Shown: piece after piece, positions 51,388 to 60,268 of the stretch
Numbering within the stretch: position 1 is the first letter of the stretch
Layout: the number at the start of each line of letters is the position of its first letter
NCBI GenBank assembly: GCA_964452165.1
Contig: CAYVKP010000004.1
Span: 5,333 to 69,332 of the forward strand
Origin: an uncultured Gammaproteobacteria bacterium
GTDB lineage: Bacteria; Patescibacteriota; Microgenomatia; Levybacterales; GWA1-39-11
Direction of reading: 5' to 3'
DNA length: 64,000 nt
Notes under the pieces: generated by a model
The model's database searches: none
Seen by the model: only the letters and a program-made list of their open reading frames with translations
Told to the model about the DNA's origin: nothing
Program-made: the position numbers and the translations under genes

Positions 51388-52725
51388 ATGACCCTCACTT
51401 ACTTTGATTCCGTAGGAATCGTAATTTATCTTTTCATCGCGGCTTTTATTTACAAAAAGGCTTGGTTTTATTCTTTTTATTCATTCTTCAAGTTTATTTT
51501 AGTTTTCATTCTGACGCTTGTCGTAAGTCTTATGCTTGCTGCGCACACCCCAAAACTGCCGCTCACAAAACTTGAGCAGTCCCTAGTTATACAGTGGCTT
51601 CTATTCATAATTTTATGGAGAATTATTTCTTTCAAAACCATTTTTTTTGCCGTAACAGATGGGAAATTCAGCCTAAACAGATTTTTGTTCATGCATCATA
51701 TCGACCGATATATGAGCCTGGCGCCCTCCCTTGTCGCATCTTTTTTCATAACTTTTTCCCTGTTCACAGTGCTTGTTAGCGCAAGTACGGGAAACCTTGC
51801 TCTTCAACGACAAATTGAAACTTCTCAAATTGTTAAACCGCTTTCTTACAAAATTTATTTTGCAGCCGCATCAACCGGCGCAAATCTTTTTCAGGGCGTT
51901 GCATACAAACTTACACCGGTTTATGAGCCGACTAATCAGGTTGCTCCTGTTCCACAAAATTATGAGGCCGTTAATTCTTTCAAAGAAAAGGTTAACGAGC
52001 AAAGACAAGATATTGGTCTTACCCCGGTTGGAGATTTGGGAACTTTTATACCTACTAACGTTTATGTTTCCCCCAACGGAGCAGCTCCAGACAACGGAGC
52101 ACCCACGCCTGTCCAAGTTGACACTCAAATATTCGTCCCGGCGCAACTACCAAGTCCTACCCCAACTCCTTTCCCAACGCCAACGTTGGCGAGCCAACCC
52201 AACCAGCAATTTCCTATCTTTCCAATCGCAAATCCCTTCCAACAAGCTACTCAACCCCAACAGCCCACCCCAACATCTGCTCCTGCACCAACAGAAGAAC
52301 CCGCCCATTCCTTCACTATTCCCTTTGTTGCTCCCCAGGCAGATATCTCACAGGCCGAGCAGGACATTCTGAGATTAACGAATCAACAACGAGCGCAAAA
52401 TGGCTTAGGGCCACTTACAATTGATCCTGCAATTTCAGCAGTTGCACGCGCTCATAGCCGGGACATGTCAGTAAGAGGTTTTTTTGACCACATAAATCCT
52501 GACGGACTCTCCCCTTTTGACAGAATGAGAATTGGTGGAATTTCTTTCACAACTGCCGGCGAAAATATTGCGGGCGGTCCAACATCCGATATCATTATGA
52601 CTAACTGGATGAACTCTCCCGGACACCGTGCCAATATTTTGAGGAATACTTTTGGAAGAATCGGAATTGGAGTCGTTCAGGACTCAACCTACGGACTCAT
52701 GGCCACTCAGGACTTTGCAAATTGA
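51388..52725 (+). CDS. membrane (CvpA-like) plus CAP/SCP domain protein
   Basis: N-terminal TMs; HSRDM, FFDH, GENIA, WMNSPGHRANIL. Confidence 0.85.
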   Translation: MTLTYFDSVGIVIYLFIAAFIYKKAWFYSFYSFFKFILVFILTLVVSLMLAAHTPKLPLTKLEQSLVIQWLLFIILWRIISFKTIFFAVTDGKFSLNRFLFMHHIDRYMSLAPSLVASFFITFSLFTVLVSASTGNLALQRQIETSQIVKPLSYKIYFAAASTGANLFQGVAYKLTPVYEPTNQVAPVPQNYEAVNSFKEKVNEQRQDIGLTPVGDLGTFIPTNVYVSPNGAAPDNGAPTPVQVDTQIFVPAQLPSPTPTPFPTPTLASQPNQQFPIFPIANPFQQATQPQQPTPTSAPAPTEEPAHSFTIPFVAPQADISQAEQDILRLTNQQRAQNGLGPLTIDPAISAVARAHSRDMSVRGFFDHINPDGLSPFDRMRIGGISFTTAGENIAGGPTSDIIMTNWMNSPGHRANILRNTFGRIGIGVVQDSTYGLMATQDFAN

Positions 52726-52796
52726 CATTTATTTGAACCTTCAAAATAGTTAATTGTCACATGTCAAAGGCGTTCTTCCTTGATATAATTTAATTA

Positions 52797-53255
52797 ATGA
52801 AGGTTCATAGGATTGTAATCGAACACATTCAACACGCCCACAAAATCAACAAACTTTCCCACCTTATAGTTCTCCTGAGTTTTCTTACAACTTTCGTTGT
52901 TACAAGGATAGTAGTTGGACTTCAAAATACAAATCTTCTCCCGACACCCCAGATTCAGCCTCATATTCACCACCTTGTCCCTGGAATTATTTTACTTTTG
53001 GTCGCAGGATACTTAGCAATTGCTTTCTGGGAAAATAAAAAATTTCATCTTTACATGTCGGCGCTTTTTGGAATTGGCTCGGCACTAACTCTTGACGAAT
53101 GTGCATTGTGGTTTTATCTCAGGGATGTTTATTGGGAAAAAGGGAGATTCGGTTTTGATGCTATAGTGATTGTGGCGACCTTGCTCTTTGTTACTTATGT
53201 CGTAGGCGAAGTTCACGCTTCAAAACGCCGGGCGGAAAAAAATGAAGTTTTCTAA
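52797..53255 (+). CDS. integral membrane protein
   Basis: HIHHLVPG, LTLDE..LW..L.DVYW motifs. Confidence 0.75.
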   Translation: MKVHRIVIEHIQHAHKINKLSHLIVLLSFLTTFVVTRIVVGLQNTNLLPTPQIQPHIHHLVPGIILLLVAGYLAIAFWENKKFHLYMSALFGIGSALTLDECALWFYLRDVYWEKGRFGFDAIVIVATLLFVTYVVGEVHASKRRAEKNEVF

Positions 53256-53290
53256 TTGGCTTTTGCTTTTTGTTTGTTATAAAATGCCAT

Positions 53291-54013
53291 ATGGAAGAAA
53301 AAACCGGCGAAACAAAAGTCGAGACCGTTGAACACAAAACTGAACCCCCAATGAATAAAAAAGATCCTTTTTCGATTGTAGGGAAAGTTGCGGTCCTCTT
53401 GATAGTTGCTGCTCTTCTTGTTGGCGGCGGACTTTATCTTGGCAAAAGCATGAATAAAAATTCAAATTCGAACAATTCCGTAATGCCAAGCCCAACAGTA
53501 GAACAAGCAATGGAGGAATCGCCAACCGCCTCTCCCACCCCTTCAACAAGCTCGGGGCAGGCGCAAATGAAAACTGTTGTTGCCGGGCCTGCAAAAGGGA
53601 CAAGTTTTGGAGCTTACTCAATCGATATTCCAAGCGGTTGGACTGACAAACACGAAGTAACTGACATAACAGACAAGCTCACTATCACAAAAGGGGCGTA
53701 CGAGCTTTCAATTTACCAGGCGCCAATTGGAGGCGGAGGATGCCGCTACCCTGGACAATCTGATGCTCCAATGTCACAAAGATTTACGGAGTTTAAGGAA
53801 ATAGATGGAACAACTGGAAACATGATAAGAAGCTGGAACAAAACTGGAAATCCTGCGGGACAGATTGTCTACACGATTTGTCAGGGCGGAATCGGAGACA
53901 TATCCAGCTCCCCAACCTCATTTGGTGCTATCTCTGCAAAGTCTCCTGACCCGGCGGACGCGGCAACAATGAAAGATATTGATTCTATGATCTCCTCCAT
54001 CACCACAAAGTAG
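53291..54013 (+). CDS. membrane-anchored secreted protein
   Basis: TM, S/P linker, IPSGW, IDSMISSI. Confidence 0.7.
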   Translation: MEEKTGETKVETVEHKTEPPMNKKDPFSIVGKVAVLLIVAALLVGGGLYLGKSMNKNSNSNNSVMPSPTVEQAMEESPTASPTPSTSSGQAQMKTVVAGPAKGTSFGAYSIDIPSGWTDKHEVTDITDKLTITKGAYELSIYQAPIGGGGCRYPGQSDAPMSQRFTEFKEIDGTTGNMIRSWNKTGNPAGQIVYTICQGGIGDISSSPTSFGAISAKSPDPADAATMKDIDSMISSITTK

Positions 54014-54016
54014 AGC

Positions 54017-54253
54017 TTAAGACTGTCTTTTTTCGTGTCTTCTAATACCCATTGTTATATCTGCAAATATTATTCCACCCTTCTCCTTGAATATCTGCTC
54101 AACATTTTGTCTTCTCTGAGCTTGCAAATGAGCGAATGCTGCTTCTTTCTGGTTTAATTTTTCCTGAGTTATGATATTGAACGGGGTTTCGCTTGAAAGT
54201 CTAATGTCCGTTTTGGGATCGAGTTTTATAGCTTTTTGCTTCTCGGGTCTCAC
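54017..54253 (-). CDS. hypothetical protein
   Basis: 78-aa ORF with TGATATAAT on the minus strand just upstream. Confidence 0.45.
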   Translation of the reverse strand: MRPEKQKAIKLDPKTDIRLSSETPFNIITQEKLNQKEAAFAHLQAQRRQNVEQIFKEKGGIIFADITMGIRRHEKRQS

Positions 54254-54339
54254 GAGATCATTATATCATTAGGATCAAACTCGCCTGAATTACCCTAACT
54301 TATTATTATCATATACAGATTGGGGCAAGCTTATAGTTA

Positions 54340-54369
54340 TTGCTACTCTACCCTCATTTTTGATATAAT
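54340..54369 (+). promoter_or_regulatory. sigma70 promoter of array 1
   Basis: TTGCTA-18 nt-TATAAT with extended -10 TG. Confidence 0.7.
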
Positions 54370-54375
54370 TTTCGT

Positions 54376-54536
54376 CTAGTTTCCCGGAGGTGACACAACC
54401 TCGGCATTTGCTTGCCGAAAAAGTGTCCTCTGAGACACTTTTTTCCTTCCAAGACGGAAGAGTCGACGAAGCAATTTGCAAGCTTTTGTTCGAAGCCAAG
54501 TCAAAAGAAGGTCGCACCTGAACAATCCGGGAATTA
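54376..54536 (+). ncRNA. structured leader RNA of array 1 (unnamed)
   Basis: Several perfect hairpins; ends paired by TTCCCGGA/TCCGGGAA; motif blocks shared with 61864-62030. Confidence 0.7.
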
Positions 54537-54597
54537 ACATTTTTTAAAAAACTTTAAACAATTATTAGCTCGCACGATACTGAAAGGAGGCGGTCCC

Positions 54598-55107
54598 ATG
54601 ACGACAATTCTACTTCTGGTACTTGCGGGCATAGCAATCATCGTGATTGCTCGTTTCGCAGTATTACGCAAGAATAAATCCAAGCCTCAACCCATTGTCC
54701 ACGAGGTGGACGATCGTAACTGGGAGGAAGATATCGAAAACTTTATGGATACTGCTCTCAAAAGCAGCACGCTTGTTACGCATCTTCATGCTCAGTGGGA
54801 ATTCGCCCACAGACGGATGATAGCAGGGGGTGTATCCAAAAAGTTCGATCTCAAGCTCGGCGAAAAACCTGAGTGGATGACTTGGCCCGACATGCTCGTG
54901 GTCCAAGAAGGAGATCGATTTGACGTCAACGCATACTTCAAGCGCGCTAGGATCGGCGATGAATTAATCGTCGTTAACCGACGTGTCAGAATATTCGCGC
55001 TTCGCCGCCGTAAACAATACGGCTTTCGCGATGACGAGATAACTGTCCGCCGTCCCTACGCGGGAGATTTTCCTTACTTACTTGGTCCCTACAAGGCTAA
55101 GGATTAG
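54598..55107 (+). CDS. array 1 hypothetical protein, N-terminal TM
   Basis: GAAAGGAGG SD; 169 aa. Confidence 0.75.
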   Translation: MTTILLLVLAGIAIIVIARFAVLRKNKSKPQPIVHEVDDRNWEEDIENFMDTALKSSTLVTHLHAQWEFAHRRMIAGGVSKKFDLKLGEKPEWMTWPDMLVVQEGDRFDVNAYFKRARIGDELIVVNRRVRIFALRRRKQYGFRDDEITVRRPYAGDFPYLLGPYKAKD

Positions 55108-55140
55108 ACCGCGAAAGCGGATCCTCACGAAAGGAGGAAC

Positions 55141-55476
55141 ATGGCTTATAAGCCCAGATACGGATTGTCGCTAGAGGCTGAAGTTTGGGCATTTGCCATG
55201 CTTGTCATCCTCTCGATCGTGTTGCTCTGTGCGGTTATTTTCACTCTACTCGCCTATCAGAATCGCATCTCCGAAGAACGGGCCCTGCCTGTGCTTCGTC
55301 AGATCGCGAAAACCGAACGCGTGTATGTGACAAGCCACACCAACAACATACCGATCACCGGGCATCCGGGCGACGTTACATTCGAACTCACTGTAGACGG
55401 AAAGCAAGCTCGTGGCCACTGCACTAAGTACGACAAGGGCAGAAAGGTTACATGCACGCTTACCTACTACGAGTGA
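55141..55476 (+). CDS. array 1 hypothetical TM protein with Cys pair
   Basis: AAGGAGG SD; 111 aa. Confidence 0.75.
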   Translation: MAYKPRYGLSLEAEVWAFAMLVILSIVLLCAVIFTLLAYQNRISEERALPVLRQIAKTERVYVTSHTNNIPITGHPGDVTFELTVDGKQARGHCTKYDKGRKVTCTLTYYE

Positions 55477-55512
55477 CTAGCAAGCGCATCAAGCGCGGGA
55501 GGAAACAGACAC

Positions 55513-55752
55513 ATGAATCGCATTTCCGATCCCGATAAGAAGTTTCCGGCACTCGCGGCCCAAAAGAAAAAGCCGCTGCTGGACGCCATCAAGGCCAACT
55601 TCACTCAGGATGAACTCGAGAGAGTTCTGAAAGACAGAAGCCGAACGATCGAAGTAACTATTCTGCTTGGAAACAAGCTTGGTAGTACCGCGACCGCAAC
55701 GGTGAGTCTTGACAGAGAAGACTTAGAGCGTAGAATAGCTCGAAAGTCATAG
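55513..55752 (+). CDS. array 1 small protein, paralog of 56481-56837
   Basis: GGAGG SD; SRT..V.I..VSLDREDLER. Confidence 0.7.
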   Translation: MNRISDPDKKFPALAAQKKKPLLDAIKANFTQDELERVLKDRSRTIEVTILLGNKLGSTATATVSLDREDLERRIARKS

Positions 55753-55764
55753 CGCGGAGGAAAC

Positions 55765-56223
55765 ATGGAAACAAAGACGATTTCGTTCCAGCTGACCCAC
55801 GGCACGGCCGAGGTCTGCTACTACGTCAACGGCTACGGTGTTTACTTCACTGTGGTGACCAAGGGAGCTTCCCCTGTCATCCATGCGAAGAGCATCATCG
55901 AAGCCATCAAGGAGGACAACGTCGAGATTCAGCTCTGGCCCCGTCACTACACGTTCTACTGCCTGCAAACGCGGCGGTCGAACGAATATCGCGAGAAAGG
56001 CTATTTCTGTCTCGACGAGCTCTCCACGGAATATCACGGCGCGTTCCCGTTCCTAACGTGGAAACCAATCGCGATGTCCGAGGGAGAGAAACGCTTACGT
56101 AGCGAGGACACCATTCGTAAGGTGAGACCGCTTCGCAAGCACGTGAGAGAGGCATTCGCCAACTTCCTGGAGGAAGAAGAGAACGAGCCTCTACCCAAAC
56201 GGGATTGGCAACCACCGCACTAA
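55765..56223 (+). CDS. array 1 hypothetical protein
   Basis: GGAGG SD; 152 aa. Confidence 0.75.
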   Translation: METKTISFQLTHGTAEVCYYVNGYGVYFTVVTKGASPVIHAKSIIEAIKEDNVEIQLWPRHYTFYCLQTRRSNEYREKGYFCLDELSTEYHGAFPFLTWKPIAMSEGEKRLRSEDTIRKVRPLRKHVREAFANFLEEEENEPLPKRDWQPPH

Positions 56224-56247
56224 ACGCGGAAGAAAAGGAGCATCGCC

Positions 56248-56412
56248 ATGGAACCCCGCGAAAAAGAGAACAACCGACCGTTGCACAAGAAGATTTCGAT
56301 CTTCAACCTGATTTGTGCAATCGTGTCGATTACGCTCGCAGCATACCTGCTGATTCCGCGGATATTTTCTCGTCCCGAAAGCGACGAAGATAAACCTCCC
56401 GGTGGTAAATAA
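56248..56412 (+). CDS. array 1 small TM protein (54 aa, below ORF-track cutoff)
   Basis: AAGGAG SD; MEPREKENNRPLHKKISIFNLICAIVSITLAAYLLIPR... Confidence 0.65.
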   Translation: MEPREKENNRPLHKKISIFNLICAIVSITLAAYLLIPRIFSRPESDEDKPPGGK

Positions 56413-56480
56413 GCCCACCGAAATCAACCCATCAACTCTCGCTCGCAAGCGGGATACAAACACAACGAGGAGTAACAACG

Positions 56481-56837
56481 ATGAACTTCTTCGACCCCAG
56501 GGACAGCAGGACAGCACGATTCCGGGACTCGGAGGACGACGGTCAAAGCCCGCAGGCCCGACCTCGCACCCCGCGATCCGGAAACGCGATCAAGGAGCCG
56601 ACTCGCGCCGAAAAGATTCGGGCGATACTCGTGTTCTACACGAGAGGCGAACTCCAGACCATGTTCGAACGACTCCAAGCAAGAGGAAGTCGCACTAAAA
56701 GCGTCGAGATTGCGCTGGTACCATGGATTGGAACTGATCCGGGTGGCGGTGTGAACTCGCGGAAGGTCTCACTATCCCGAAAGGACTTGGAGCGAATCCT
56801 GAACGGCCAATGGATGGCAGGTTCAGTCCGAGGTTAG
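56481..56837 (+). CDS. array 1 protein with DnaK-subdomain-IIB-like segment
   Basis: GAGGAG SD; SVEIALVPWIGTDPGG..KVSLSRKDLERIL. Confidence 0.65.
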   Translation: MNFFDPRDSRTARFRDSEDDGQSPQARPRTPRSGNAIKEPTRAEKIRAILVFYTRGELQTMFERLQARGSRTKSVEIALVPWIGTDPGGGVNSRKVSLSRKDLERILNGQWMAGSVRG

Positions 56838-56874
56838 GATACAAGACGGCTTTACCCCGCCGAAGGAGGCAATC

Positions 56875-57105
56875 ATGCCAGAAGACCGAGCAAAGGCTTG
56901 GATTCCAAGCGCAGAACTCGCTGGGGAAAACCTCGATGAGTATCTGAGCAAAGTCCCTAAAGGATCGGAAGTCCAATGCTGGAGCGCTGCTCAAATCACC
57001 CGAGTCTACACTTCTCGTCATTACAGGGTTCGCGACTTGCGAAGTCACATACCCGACAAGAAGGAGCTTGAGGAGCACGCCAAGCTGAAGGACAAAGCAT
57101 CATGA
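56875..57105 (+). CDS. array 1 hypothetical protein
   Basis: AAGGAGG SD; 76 aa. Confidence 0.65.
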   Translation: MPEDRAKAWIPSAELAGENLDEYLSKVPKGSEVQCWSAAQITRVYTSRHYRVRDLRSHIPDKKELEEHAKLKDKAS

Positions 57106-57254
57106 AGACCGCAGGCCAAAAGGCGCTTACCGGTATCAAAATCCTGGTGGAAGTTGCGGTAGCAGTCTCGGCGGCACTAGTCGTCTTGGCTCTACTCGAT
57201 TCCATCATGGATGACGAGGCCGAAGAACGCCAAACCGGCACCTACGGAAAATAA
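57102..57254 (+). CDS. array 1 small TM protein (50 aa)
   Basis: ATGA overlap with the previous stop; MKTAGQKALTGIKILVEVAVAVSAALVVLALL... Confidence 0.6.
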   Translation: MKTAGQKALTGIKILVEVAVAVSAALVVLALLDSIMDDEAEERQTGTYGK

Positions 57255-57291
57255 CCAGCGCTAGTGCGCTAGGAAAAGAAAGAGGACAACC

Positions 57292-57702
57292 ATGCACGTT
57301 GAAATCACGGCCACTGTCGCTCAGTGGTTCTACGACAATTATCGCGAAAAAGCGCTGTTCGACAACCTACGGGAAGCATGGCAACAAGCTGTCACTGACA
57401 AGCTGATTCATTCCAAAGACGAGTACGAGGTAGCAACCACCTTCCTACCCGCCAGCCTAAGCGCCGGTCGGCTTCTATCACTCAAGATAGACTGCTACGG
57501 AGTGTGGCCGTTCATGGCGGGCACCGGATTCATGGAGCACCTTGGAAGAGTTACCTCGGACGCGGTCCGAAGATACCATACGGGCTCCAACAGCCTGAAG
57601 ATGAGGGTGATAGTCGAGTCTCACCGTGAGGCAACAGTCGCACCCAACATCCCGCTCGAACTCGCTGAACCCGTCACACAGGGCAATCCTGAGAAAGGTT
57701 AA
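57292..57702 (+). CDS. array 1 protein, possible tautomerase-like fold, paralog of 58122-58538
   Basis: AGAGGA SD; MHVEITA..W..AV. Confidence 0.7.
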   Translation: MHVEITATVAQWFYDNYREKALFDNLREAWQQAVTDKLIHSKDEYEVATTFLPASLSAGRLLSLKIDCYGVWPFMAGTGFMEHLGRVTSDAVRRYHTGSNSLKMRVIVESHREATVAPNIPLELAEPVTQGNPEKG

Positions 57703-57754
57703 ATCGCGGTGCGCGGTTACCTAACGATCCCGCCTAGTTAGAAGGAGAATTCTC

Positions 57755-58108
57755 TTGGAGATCGATGTCTGCACCACTAAGTCCGGACGCTGCGTCCGCT
57801 ACCGCGCGTATTGGGCAAGCCGGGAATTCACGGACCTTTTCTTCCAGTGGGGAGAGGAGTTCCGGGATACCGACAGCGTCGACGTCAGCGAGGCCATCGA
57901 GGCAATCGTTGTGTCTGCGGGAATTGGGATTCATGATTACCAGTTCCTACAGGTCCTACCTGCCAGCGACCCCCGCCTAGCTCTGGTGGCATATATGGTG
58001 GTGGTCCAACAAGGGCCGCAAGGCATCATCGCTACGCGAACGAAGGAGGGACATTCAGTCCCTGCGATGGTCGTGAGCGAATTTCTGGCCAGCGTCGACG
58101 CGGCCTAA
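57755..58108 (+). CDS. array 1 hypothetical protein
   Basis: AAGGAG SD, TTG start; 117 aa. Confidence 0.65.
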   Translation: MEIDVCTTKSGRCVRYRAYWASREFTDLFFQWGEEFRDTDSVDVSEAIEAIVVSAGIGIHDYQFLQVLPASDPRLALVAYMVVVQQGPQGIIATRTKEGHSVPAMVVSEFLASVDAA

Positions 58109-58121
58109 AGAAGGAGACAGA

Positions 58122-58538
58122 ATGTACGTCAAGATCACGGCTGAAGTGGACCGTAACTTCGTCAAGGCCCTGGGCGAAAACGACTTCATCCGGCTAAACG
58201 CAGGACTGATAACCAGCTGGAAAAGCGCCGTCGCAAAGGACTTCGGAATCCACACCGGAGACATCGACGCATCCATGTTCGAAGTCTACGCGTTCGGCGG
58301 ACAGCTCATGACGATCACGGTCCAACGAATCCTGTCTGTTGTCGGTGACGAAGACTTTGCAGACAGTCACGCCAAGCTGGCAGAAGTGCTTGAGAAGGAA
58401 ACCGCAGGGATCCTTCAACCGCACATGCCTGAGAGAAGAAACAGCACGGTCATGGTTATCATCGACCCGTTGCTCATTGCTCATGTCCACAAACTCGATG
58501 TCCGCAGCTGGTCCGCGGAGGGCGTCAGAGTCAACTAG
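58122..58538 (+). CDS. array 1 protein, possible tautomerase-like fold
   Basis: AAGGAG SD; MYVKITA..W..AVAKDFGI. Confidence 0.7.
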   Translation: MYVKITAEVDRNFVKALGENDFIRLNAGLITSWKSAVAKDFGIHTGDIDASMFEVYAFGGQLMTITVQRILSVVGDEDFADSHAKLAEVLEKETAGILQPHMPERRNSTVMVIIDPLLIAHVHKLDVRSWSAEGVRVN

Positions 58539-58574
58539 CCGGCCCCTTGGCCGAGAAACCGAAAGGTAACGAAC

Positions 58575-59444
58575 ATGGCAACAACTTACAAAGAGCCCGT
58601 TCGTGTGGGCATCAACGGTTTCGGCGACGTGGGGCGATGGGCCTTCCACGAAATCCGCGATCGATATGGCGAGCAGATCAAGGTCGTCGCCATTAACGAC
58701 GCCGACATAGAAACCGACCGGGAAGTAATCATGGCGGCACTTCTCGCGCGCTACCAGGGTGAACTCCCTTCCTGGCTCAACTACAACAGCCACGGCGGAC
58801 TGTCGGTTGACGGCGTCTACGTCTGGCTTTCAAGCTGGGACAAACCCGAGTTAATCCCTTGGGACAACTACGGAGTCCAGATCGTCGTTGACTGCACGGG
58901 CAAGTTCTCGAGCCGCGACAAGGCTTTCCGTCACTTGCACGGTGGTACCGTAGTCAAAAAAGTCATCTGCGTGATGCCGGCAGAAGACATGGACATGCTG
59001 GTCAGGGTGGGGACTGATCACATGCTTTACAAGCCGGAGAGCCAACACCTGATCGGCCAGGACATGGGCGGCATGAGCACCTCCCGTGAGTGCGGCGAAA
59101 ACCTCGCTCACCTGACGGCACTCGTGGCAAGAAAGGGATGGGAACCAATCCCTGTCATGTCGCGACCAAGCGATTACACCACGACATACCCAACGGTGTT
59201 GACGGGCTCTTTCGGGAGTGGGGAAGGCGGAAAACCCCCGATGGCGACTTGCCCAGTCGACGATGAACCCCTCGTCGCTACGCTGGAGTTCGACGGCTTC
59301 GAGTTCATATGCGTAGTCTGCGATGAGAAGTACGGCTTCTTCGCCCCCAAACCGGCGACGTGGACCCAAGAGCTACAGACTCGGTACGACGAGCTGCAGG
59401 AAAGATACCTGGCAGAACGAGAAAAAAGACAAGCCGGCTCGTAG
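58575..59444 (+). CDS. GAPDH NAD-binding-domain fragment fused to zinc ribbon
   Basis: VGINGFGDVGR, VVAIND, IPW, VVDCTGKF, KKV; GAPDH catalytic domain absent; C-terminal CPVD..CVVC. Confidence 0.8.
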   Translation: MATTYKEPVRVGINGFGDVGRWAFHEIRDRYGEQIKVVAINDADIETDREVIMAALLARYQGELPSWLNYNSHGGLSVDGVYVWLSSWDKPELIPWDNYGVQIVVDCTGKFSSRDKAFRHLHGGTVVKKVICVMPAEDMDMLVRVGTDHMLYKPESQHLIGQDMGGMSTSRECGENLAHLTALVARKGWEPIPVMSRPSDYTTTYPTVLTGSFGSGEGGKPPMATCPVDDEPLVATLEFDGFEFICVVCDEKYGFFAPKPATWTQELQTRYDELQERYLAEREKRQAGS

Positions 59445-59481
59445 CAAGCTGCCCTGACTTACGTCGGAGAAGGATAAAGAG

Positions 59482-59757
59482 GTGGTATCCGAAGACTCTG
59501 GGGACAGTCGCAGCTTCACCATAAATGACGGACCTGATACGGAGGTGGAAAACAGGATCCGTGCAACACTTCTTGGGATTAGACAAAGAGGACTCAAGGG
59601 CTGCTGGCTCTTTATTCCTCCTCGTCTCGAGAAGTTGGCGCAAGACACGCGCAAAGATCTTGAGATGACGACGTGGGAGGCATCGTTCTCCTATCTACCG
59701 GGAACCAAGCGGGAGAAACCCGAGCAAGATCAACCAACGGAGGGAGGTGAAGAATGA
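59482..59757 (+). CDS. array 1 hypothetical protein
   Basis: AAGGA SD, GTG start; 91 aa. Confidence 0.55.
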   Translation: MVSEDSGDSRSFTINDGPDTEVENRIRATLLGIRQRGLKGCWLFIPPRLEKLAQDTRKDLEMTTWEASFSYLPGTKREKPEQDQPTEGGEE

Positions 59758-60221
59758 GAACTAACACTAGCGCGATCCTGTTCACGGGAACGATCGACGC
59801 ATGCTGCGTATACCTGGCTTATTCGGGAATGAAAACCCCGTACCGGCCGGAGCCCTTCCTAACAGCAGCAGTAGTCAGCGCCCTGTTTGGTTACCTGACA
59901 GGCAAAATGCTCGTCGTGGAGCAACCCTCTAACGGAGACCACGCTGATTGGATGGGCCTAGCCGCTCTGGTCACGATGATCCTCTGCTGCTTGGGAGCCC
60001 TAGCATTGCTGCGATGGCAACCTTTCAGCGAGCTCAAGCTGACCATCATGGAGACCGTCTTTTGGTTTACGGGACTTGCCCTGTGGCCGATTGCGGGTTT
60101 CCTGATCACCGACGCCAAGGTTATCACCGACAACAACAGGAGGAAGACGGATGAAGCTACTGCTTACGGGAGCTGTGCTCGGCCTCATGACAGCCCTGTT
60201 CATCTCCATCGGCAAAACTGA
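59754..60221 (+). CDS. array 1 four-TM membrane protein
   Basis: GGAGGTG SD; hydrophobic helices. Confidence 0.7.
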   Translation: MRTNTSAILFTGTIDACCVYLAYSGMKTPYRPEPFLTAAVVSALFGYLTGKMLVVEQPSNGDHADWMGLAALVTMILCCLGALALLRWQPFSELKLTIMETVFWFTGLALWPIAGFLITDAKVITDNNRRKTDEATAYGSCARPHDSPVHLHRQN

Positions 60222-60258
60222 GAGCAAGCAGCCCGTCAACGCTGCTATGACAATGTGA
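60151..60258 (+). CDS. array 1 small hydrophobic peptide (35 aa)
   Basis: AGGAGG SD; MKLLLTGAVLGLMTALFISIGK...; overlaps the previous ORF end. Confidence 0.45.
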   Translation: MKLLLTGAVLGLMTALFISIGKTESKQPVNAAMTM

Positions 60259-60268
60259 GGAGAACGAC

